Part shown: positions 58,547-64,000 of the stretch, piece after piece
Layout of the letters: every line of letters starts with the position of its first letter
Numbering within the stretch: position 1 is the first letter of the stretch
Source of the DNA: Polyangiaceae bacterium
Lineage (GTDB): Bacteria > Myxococcota_A > Polyangia > Polyangiales > Polyangiaceae
DNA: 64,000 nt
NCBI GenBank assembly: GCA_033763455.1
Contig: JANRKO010000028.1
Location: forward strand, 32,001-96,000
Reading direction: 5' to 3'
Notes under the pieces: generated by a model
The model's database searches: none
Told to the model about the DNA's origin: nothing
What the model saw: the letters and a program-made list of their open reading frames with translations, nothing else
Program-made: the position numbers and the translations under genes

Positions 58547-59570
58547 TTGCGGGAATCTATGACACGAGCCGTGACGGCGAGAAGCAGTCCGTCCCAGCCC
58601 AACCCACAGCTAAGCCCAGTGCTTGCGACACGGGCATGGGATTGTGCACAGGTGGCGGCATCATTCCACGAACCGACGTCTTTGGGTTCGGCGAACCGTG
58701 TAGTGGTATCATCGTGACCCGCACGTTAGACGGCGTGACATGCGCTCGCGAGCAAGTGGGATGCCCGCATCTCTGCCTGTAGAGAGCGAATCCTGCGCGG
58801 ATCAGGCCAAGTATACCCAAAGACTTGGGCGGGCTCTGTCTGAATCCACGAGCGAGCGGACGCTAGCGAGGGCGAATGAGATTGCCCCCGGGTGTAGGTG
58901 CGAGAGCCTTTCACCGTGGCAGACCCATTGACGGAATATTGCTGTTAGGTTCGCACTTCAGCGGACCGGGAGGCGCAGTTGACAGCCCGAGGCCACCTTC
59001 GAGGTGCGTGAGCCCATCGGCTTTGAGACGTGCGGCGCTCGCGCCTGAGCCTGCCCGGCACGCCTGGCGGTGCTCGCTTCGGCGGATGCGCTGGAAGGCT
59101 TGGAGGCAGATGATATCTGGCCGCTTCCGATCTACCAGGACGTGTCGTTCACTCGCTGAACTATGGGTCGTCACTGGCAGCGTGCATTCCATACTACCAG
59201 TTGCTGTCTAGGGGTACCATCACGTGCCCCCACTGCCCGCGCTTGCGGCGAGCGCGCAGCGCACAGCGTGAGTGGCACCCGAGTTCTGCGAGAAGCGTCG
59301 CCGGGAACCGTACGGGGAGACTGGGGCCGGTGGACGGCTTGGCCGGTCGCTCCCGGAGGCCAGTTGCGCGACAGATGAAACCCCCGGCGCGCTAATCAAG
59401 CGGCGCACGGAGACAGCCATTGCCAGGGCGACTGGCTCCCCATCTTTCCCCCAATCGCTAGGAAGGATGCCTGTCGAACCAACCGGAATGAGGCGGTGCG
59501 GCGAGGAGGGCCGAATTCCCCATCCAACTTCTGCGCTGCGCTCGCTTGCCTCACGTGGTAGTTTCTTGAC

Positions 59571-60716
59571 GTGCTCCGCTCACTCGAACTCAGCAACTTT
59601 CGAGCCTTCCAGAGTTTCTCTCTTGAAGGCCTTGGACAAATAAATTTGTGCGTCGGCACTAATAACTGCGGCAAGACCTCGATCCTCGAAGCCGTAAGCA
59701 TCTTGGCGTCGCGCGGTCGTCCGGAATCGCTTTGGTCCGCGCTTGCCCGTCGCGGTGAGCAGTGGTTCGAAGATGATACTAGGGGTCCGGGCCGCCTAGA
59801 AGTCGATATTTGCCATCTGTTCTATGGTCATGAGCTTTTACCAAATGCGCAGTTCTCAATTACAGGAGTAAACGACACGAGGACGCAGAAAATCACCGCC
59901 ACGGCCGTTGAGCGCGACCCCGCTCAGGAGAACACTGAAGGCCCTGATCGCATATCAGCTCGTCAGGGTACCCTGTTTGATCCAGGCGACACTGAAAATT
60001 CGCTCGGGGGGAGGATGTCGTTGGAGCTACGATGGGAGGGTTTCAACAGCGAGGTAACTCAGCAGTTTCTCGTATCGCGACGCGGAGGCCTGGTTAGCGA
60101 CGTTCTCGAACGATCGACCAGAAAGCGCGACGACGACGCCACTCCGGTTAGATCGATTACGACCGAAGCACTGACACGCGACGAAGTCGTCGCCATGTTC
60201 GAAGCCATTGTGCTAACCCCGGAGGAACAAGTCGTCATTGATGCGCTCAAGACGATCGAACCTGCTATCGAACGCATTGCTCCGATTGGCTCTTCGCGAC
60301 GCCGATATTTCCCCGTTGATCGGGGTGGAATTGTCGTAAAGTTAGCGAACAGCAACCAGCGCATCCCCATAGGCAGCATGGGAGACGGGATCTGGCGGAT
60401 GCTTGGAATCGCTTTGTCGCTAGCGCGAGCCAGGGGCGGGATCCTCCTCGTCGACGAGATTGACACGGGATTTCACCACTCGGTCATGGCCTCCATGTGG
60501 CGGATGGTTCTTGAAACCGCCTTAAGGCTCGACGTCCAGGTATTTGCGACCACCCACAGCCGCGACTGCTACGAAAGCCTTGCTTCCATTTCACGCGCGG
60601 ATGCATCGGAGAGTCGTGTGTCTATCCAGCGGATCGAGCGCGGAAACCCCAAGGCCGTAGCCTTCTCCGAAAGTCAGATAGTCATCGCTGCAGAACGCGC
60701 CATTGAGGTGAGATAA
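59571..60716 (+). CDS. ABC-type ATPase (AAA_15/AAA_21)
   Basis: NFRAF, GTNNCGKTSILEA, SMGDG signature, LLVDEIDTGFH, QVFATTHS. Confidence 0.92.
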   Translation: MLRSLELSNFRAFQSFSLEGLGQINLCVGTNNCGKTSILEAVSILASRGRPESLWSALARRGEQWFEDDTRGPGRLEVDICHLFYGHELLPNAQFSITGVNDTRTQKITATAVERDPAQENTEGPDRISARQGTLFDPGDTENSLGGRMSLELRWEGFNSEVTQQFLVSRRGGLVSDVLERSTRKRDDDATPVRSITTEALTRDEVVAMFEAIVLTPEEQVVIDALKTIEPAIERIAPIGSSRRRYFPVDRGGIVVKLANSNQRIPIGSMGDGIWRMLGIALSLARARGGILLVDEIDTGFHHSVMASMWRMVLETALRLDVQVFATTHSRDCYESLASISRADASESRVSIQRIERGNPKAVAFSESQIVIAAERAIEVR

Positions 60717-60719
60717 CCT

Positions 60720-61355
60720 ATGCGCGTCATGTTGGTTGAGGGATCAGATGACCTGCGTGCAATCCCCCACCTCTTGGAGACAGCCGGCGTGGCGTGGGGC
60801 CGAAAAGATAAGCCAATTGTCAAAATTATCCAATGCGAAGGGGTGGCAACAATGTTGGCACCTGACTTCATCACGACACATCTAAAGGCATCAGGTCTGG
60901 TGGCCCTGGGGGTTATCGTGGATGCGGACAATAGCGCGCAAGACCGTTGGAGAACGATCCGCGAACGAGTGCTCGACCTCTACTCCGATGCTCCATCTGA
61001 CATGCCCGCCACGGGAGTAATTCTGCGCGCGACGGGCAAACCCACGTTTGGCGCATGGATAATGCCAGACAATGTGAACCGCGGGATGCTTGAGACGTTC
61101 CTGCTTTTTCTCAGGCCCAAGGACAATCCGTCGCTGCTTGCGTACGCACAGGAGGTTATCCAAGAGGCCAAGAACCGGGGCGCACCGTTCCTGGAACAGC
61201 ACCAGGACAAGGCCGAGATTCACTCTTGGCTGGCTTGGCAGGATCCCCCTGGGAGGCAGTTGCACAACGCCATCATGGAGAGAATGTTGGGGAACAAACA
61301 CGAGTGTATTGAATCATTTGTTGCATGGTTTCAGGCGCTTTACTCCCAAAAATAG
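60720..61355 (+). CDS. DUF3226-like TOPRIM-fold protein
   Basis: MLVEGSDD, GVIVDAD, WIMPDN..GMLETFL, DKAEIHSWLAWQDPPG. Confidence 0.82.
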   Translation: MRVMLVEGSDDLRAIPHLLETAGVAWGRKDKPIVKIIQCEGVATMLAPDFITTHLKASGLVALGVIVDADNSAQDRWRTIRERVLDLYSDAPSDMPATGVILRATGKPTFGAWIMPDNVNRGMLETFLLFLRPKDNPSLLAYAQEVIQEAKNRGAPFLEQHQDKAEIHSWLAWQDPPGRQLHNAIMERMLGNKHECIESFVAWFQALYSQK

Positions 61356-61363
61356 GGATCCGT

Positions 61364-61450
61364 TTAGGGACGGCCCGGACGGCCCTTGCTCTCGCTCGGG
61401 CTGCCCCCCGCACAGATTCGAGCGAGCGGGACTACCGCACCCGGCTCCCA
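61364..61450 (-). ncRNA. Group II intron 3' remnant (domains V and VI), no RT ORF
   Basis: Minus strand reads GGGAGCCGGGTGCGGTAGTCCCGCTCGCTCGAATCTGTGCGGGGGGC then AGCCC...GGGCCGTCCCTA, fitting DV and DVI of bacterial group II introns. Confidence 0.75.
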
Positions 61451-61780
61451 CTTGGGCCGTCGCTCGCCGCCGTGCTGCTGCTCGCAACGAAGGCTAAGCC
61501 TGCCGCCTACCACAGCAAACCGTACTGACCAGGCCCTGGCGCAGCACCGCTCCTGTGTCCCGCGAGCCCGCGAGCGGCTCCCATGCTTCACCCAGCTCGG
61601 TCCGCATCGTCCAAAAGCGCGACCTCTTGTTCGAAGCTGTATTTCCGCCGTTGTTCTTTCTTGCTCTGTGCCATGTGACGCCTCCGAATGTATCAAAGGT
61701 GTCCGGCTTTTCAGGTGGCTACACCATGGATGAGGCGGAGTTGCGTCGGGCCATAAGGAGTTGCATCTCGACAACTTCAA

Positions 61781-62023
61781 GTGACGCGAAGGTGGCGGGC
61801 CTGGAGGAGAGTTCTTGCGGTTGCAAAATGTGTAGAACCTATGACCGAAGCACTGGCTAAGTCTGCTGGTTTAGCACTCAAAGTAACAGGCGCTACCAAC
61901 ACGATCGACTCCATAGTGATGGCCTCTTCAGCTCAGCGAGGGGCTGTTGTTTACACCAGCGACCTGAGTGATCTGCAACTGCTTTCGAACGTCTTTATCA
62001 CCGTTCGGGTGCTGACGGCTTGA
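61781..62023 (+). pseudogene. C-terminal half of a PIN-domain protein
   Basis: IDSIVMASSAQRGAVVYTSDLSDL; the N-terminal D[TS] motif and an antitoxin are missing. Confidence 0.6.
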
Positions 62024-62028
62024 GGCTC

Positions 62029-62048
62029 GAGCCCCCTTTGGCGGGCTC
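62029..62048. terminator. Short hairpin between convergent genes
   Basis: GAGCCC...GGGCTC inverted repeat; no U-tract. Confidence 0.3.
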
Positions 62049-62141
62049 GTCCTTGCACTCGTTGAGATTGACCGCGCGTGCAGGGACTGCCGGGCAAATG
62101 TCTCGGCCTTGGAACTGCAATTTCGCCGCAGCGAGTCGGTT

Positions 62142-64000
62142 TCAGTAGCGGTGGCGCCAGACCAGATCGAGCGACGAAGCTCCCTGATCGCCCACCTGAG
62201 CGGCGAGCGACCACTTTAGGAAGAGCCTAAAATCAAGCGTCAGAAAGGTTCGATCGGGGCTTTGACCCGCGGTGGGTTCAGCCAGAGCTCGGGTAACGCG
62301 TGCAGCAACGCGAGGACTGATCTGTACGACGAGCTCGGGACGCGACGCCCCGGAAGAAGTATCCACTCGCGTGCTCACATCCAGGTTGCTCACCTTCGAC
62401 AGGGCACGATTCAGGCCTTTGGTGGCGGTACCTGCGACGAGCCCTGCTGCAGCGGATGCGTCGCTCGCACCACCAGCGGAGCCCACATTGCCATCAGGTG
62501 TACCAAACAATATCAACGTCAAGATTTGATCTTCCGCGAGCGGTGGCTCCGAACGCAGTGTGAGCTTTCCATTTTCCACGGGCCCCCTGTATTCGGCAAA
62601 AACGCTGTATTCTGCGGGTGAATCCCAGCGCGCCGTGGCAACGATCGTAGGGTTTGCCGGGTCTTCATTGGGGCGGAAGGTCACAGTTCCGCGTTCGATT
62701 TGAAACTGCTTGCCCGACACATCGAGGATGCCACCGAGCAGCTGGATCTGGCCGGCGATGGTCGTTTTGGGTTCGCTTTGCACTTCCAGCATGCCGCTCA
62801 GCTTAGCCTCCAAATCAGTGCCTTTGGTGATGGTCACGTCGTCTCCCAGTGCGACGCGGATCACGGTCTTCGACGTGGATGGAGCAGCATTCGCTTCGTG
62901 GAGGAGTGGCTGCAACGGTAGGGTCACAAAGCGATCTGGAAAGGCTATTCCGATGCGTACGCCTTCGGCGGGTTCCAAGCTTTGCACGCTATTGGGAGGC
63001 GTTGCAGCGAGCTCTAGGTGCATCTTCGGGACTTGCACATCGAGCACCGAGTTCTCGTCACCTTTTCCTGGTTGGTAGCGCAAAGAAACGCGGCCCCAGA
63101 CATCACCGACGGTCATGCTCTCGACGGTAACCGGGATCTTCTCGTTCTTCTTTATTGACACTGCGAGCTCCGCATACGTGGGTTGTACGCCGGTAAATGT
63201 CGCATAGCCCCCAGCGCTCAGTTTCCCACTGGTGCCGTGAGCCGTTAGCTCACGTAGGAGCACGCGACCCGGGGTCAAGGCGATATTGGCGTCTATGTTA
63301 TCCAAGCGCTGCCCGACGGTTGGTACGCTGACGGAGCCGTCTTTAAGGCGAATCCAGCCCCGAGCGATGGAGCGCGTTTCGGCAAGATCTATGTGGATCT
63401 GAGCATCCAGCGTGCCGCCAAGATCGGTGACTTGATCGATCACGAGCGGTTGAAACGCCATCAGATCGAGGTTCCTGAGGTCGACGTCGGCGGACATGGG
63501 TTCGGTGATCTCGGGCACAAGTCGATTTCCCCAGATGATACCCGAGCGAAAGCTCAACAGGGAGGTTCCCGAAGGCTGGCCCAACGAGACCTTGGCCAAC
63601 AGGACGTTGCCTTGTTGCGTGAGAGTGCCCGAGAGGCTCAGCTCTTTCGCATCGCCAATTCTTAATCTAGGCGTTTGAATTTCAGCGGTGAGCGCTGCTG
63701 CTCTCCCGAAATCCCTAAGCTCAGCGCGCCCACTCAGCCGCCCACTTAGGCCACGCGCGCGGAGCGCTGGAATGATATCGACTGAAAAATCGTCCAGCTC
63801 AAGCTTCATGTTCCCCGTGATAGGGCTCGTCTCGGCCTGGCCGATTTGGCTCATTGCCACGGGGCTGCCCTCCCACTCCGCAACCGCCTTTGCGTGCGCG
63901 TTATCCTGTGAACGAGCCTCGATCCGCAGCGCTCCGTGGTGGGCCTGATAATTGCCATCAAGCTTGACACGCAAAGGTGAGATGGTAGTTTTCTTCGCCC
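62142..64000 (-). CDS. tamB: TamB (DUF490) translocation/assembly module protein, 5' part outside the window
   Basis: Frame open to the window end; GKQFQIERGTVTF, LRSEPPLAEDQILTLILFG, C-terminal LDLVWRHRY. Confidence 0.85.
   Translation of the reverse strand, partial: AKKTTISPLRVKLDGNYQAHHGALRIEARSQDNAHAKAVAEWEGSPVAMSQIGQAETSPITGNMKLELDDFSVDIIPALRARGLSGRLSGRAELRDFGRAAALTAEIQTPRLRIGDAKELSLSGTLTQQGNVLLAKVSLGQPSGTSLLSFRSGIIWGNRLVPEITEPMSADVDLRNLDLMAFQPLVIDQVTDLGGTLDAQIHIDLAETRSIARGWIRLKDGSVSVPTVGQRLDNIDANIALTPGRVLLRELTAHGTSGKLSAGGYATFTGVQPTYAELAVSIKKNEKIPVTVESMTVGDVWGRVSLRYQPGKGDENSVLDVQVPKMHLELAATPPNSVQSLEPAEGVRIGIAFPDRFVTLPLQPLLHEANAAPSTSKTVIRVALGDDVTITKGTDLEAKLSGMLEVQSEPKTTIAGQIQLLGGILDVSGKQFQIERGTVTFRPNEDPANPTIVATARWDSPAEYSVFAEYRGPVENGKLTLRSEPPLAEDQILTLILFGTPDGNVGSAGGASDASAAAGLVAGTATKGLNRALSKVSNLDVSTRVDTSSGASRPELVVQISPRVAARVTRALAEPTAGQSPDRTFLTLDFRLFLKWSLAAQVGDQGASSLDLVWRHRY

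Noticed and set aside
58911..59192. Exonuclease/endonuclease/phosphatase fragment (RPDIICLQ)
   Set aside because: Only one short motif, and it lacks the following catalytic Glu; could be chance.
59200..59560. Structured RNA, attC site or intron 5' part in the long intergenic stretch
   Set aside because: No convincing long inverted repeat, attC core sites or conserved RNA motif found by eye.
1..64000. tRNA, rRNA, integrase or intact transposase
   Set aside because: None recognised by eye; tRNAscan-SE and ISEScan were not run.

Overview
A GC-rich bacterial window. The gene content (Ser/Thr kinases, PEGA/TPR proteins, Cys-rich DUF4215/fibro-slime lipoproteins, DUF1592, many sigma54 motifs) suggests a myxobacterium, probably Polyangiales; this is inference. 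About 1-43 kb is mostly core or lineage-typical: ugd, TerB, Uma2 nuclease, NtrC-type regulator plus hybrid kinase, YyaL-AKR fusion, radical SAM, kinase-STAND-TPR plus patatin, Omp85, an MCE/Mla ABC operon, a kinase-PEGA-Cys-rich triad, an encapsulin-type ferritin and a GNAT-nitrilase. About 43-62 kb is accessory and scarred. It holds vapBC, an hsdM sliver, an IS91 sliver, a 5'-truncated PL14-like lyase, an ABC-ATPase plus TOPRIM (DUF3226-like) pair, a group II intron 3' end and a PIN remnant, followed by a partial tamB. The most striking locus is 55173-57658. A T6SS tube (Hcp) domain is fused behind a signal peptide, a small two-Cys cap and 19-20 collagen Gly-X-Y triplets. It is translationally coupled to a methyltransferase resembling the Rickettsia PKMT protein-lysine methyltransferases, and no other T6SS gene is in the window. 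All family calls come from reading motifs by eye; no searches were run.
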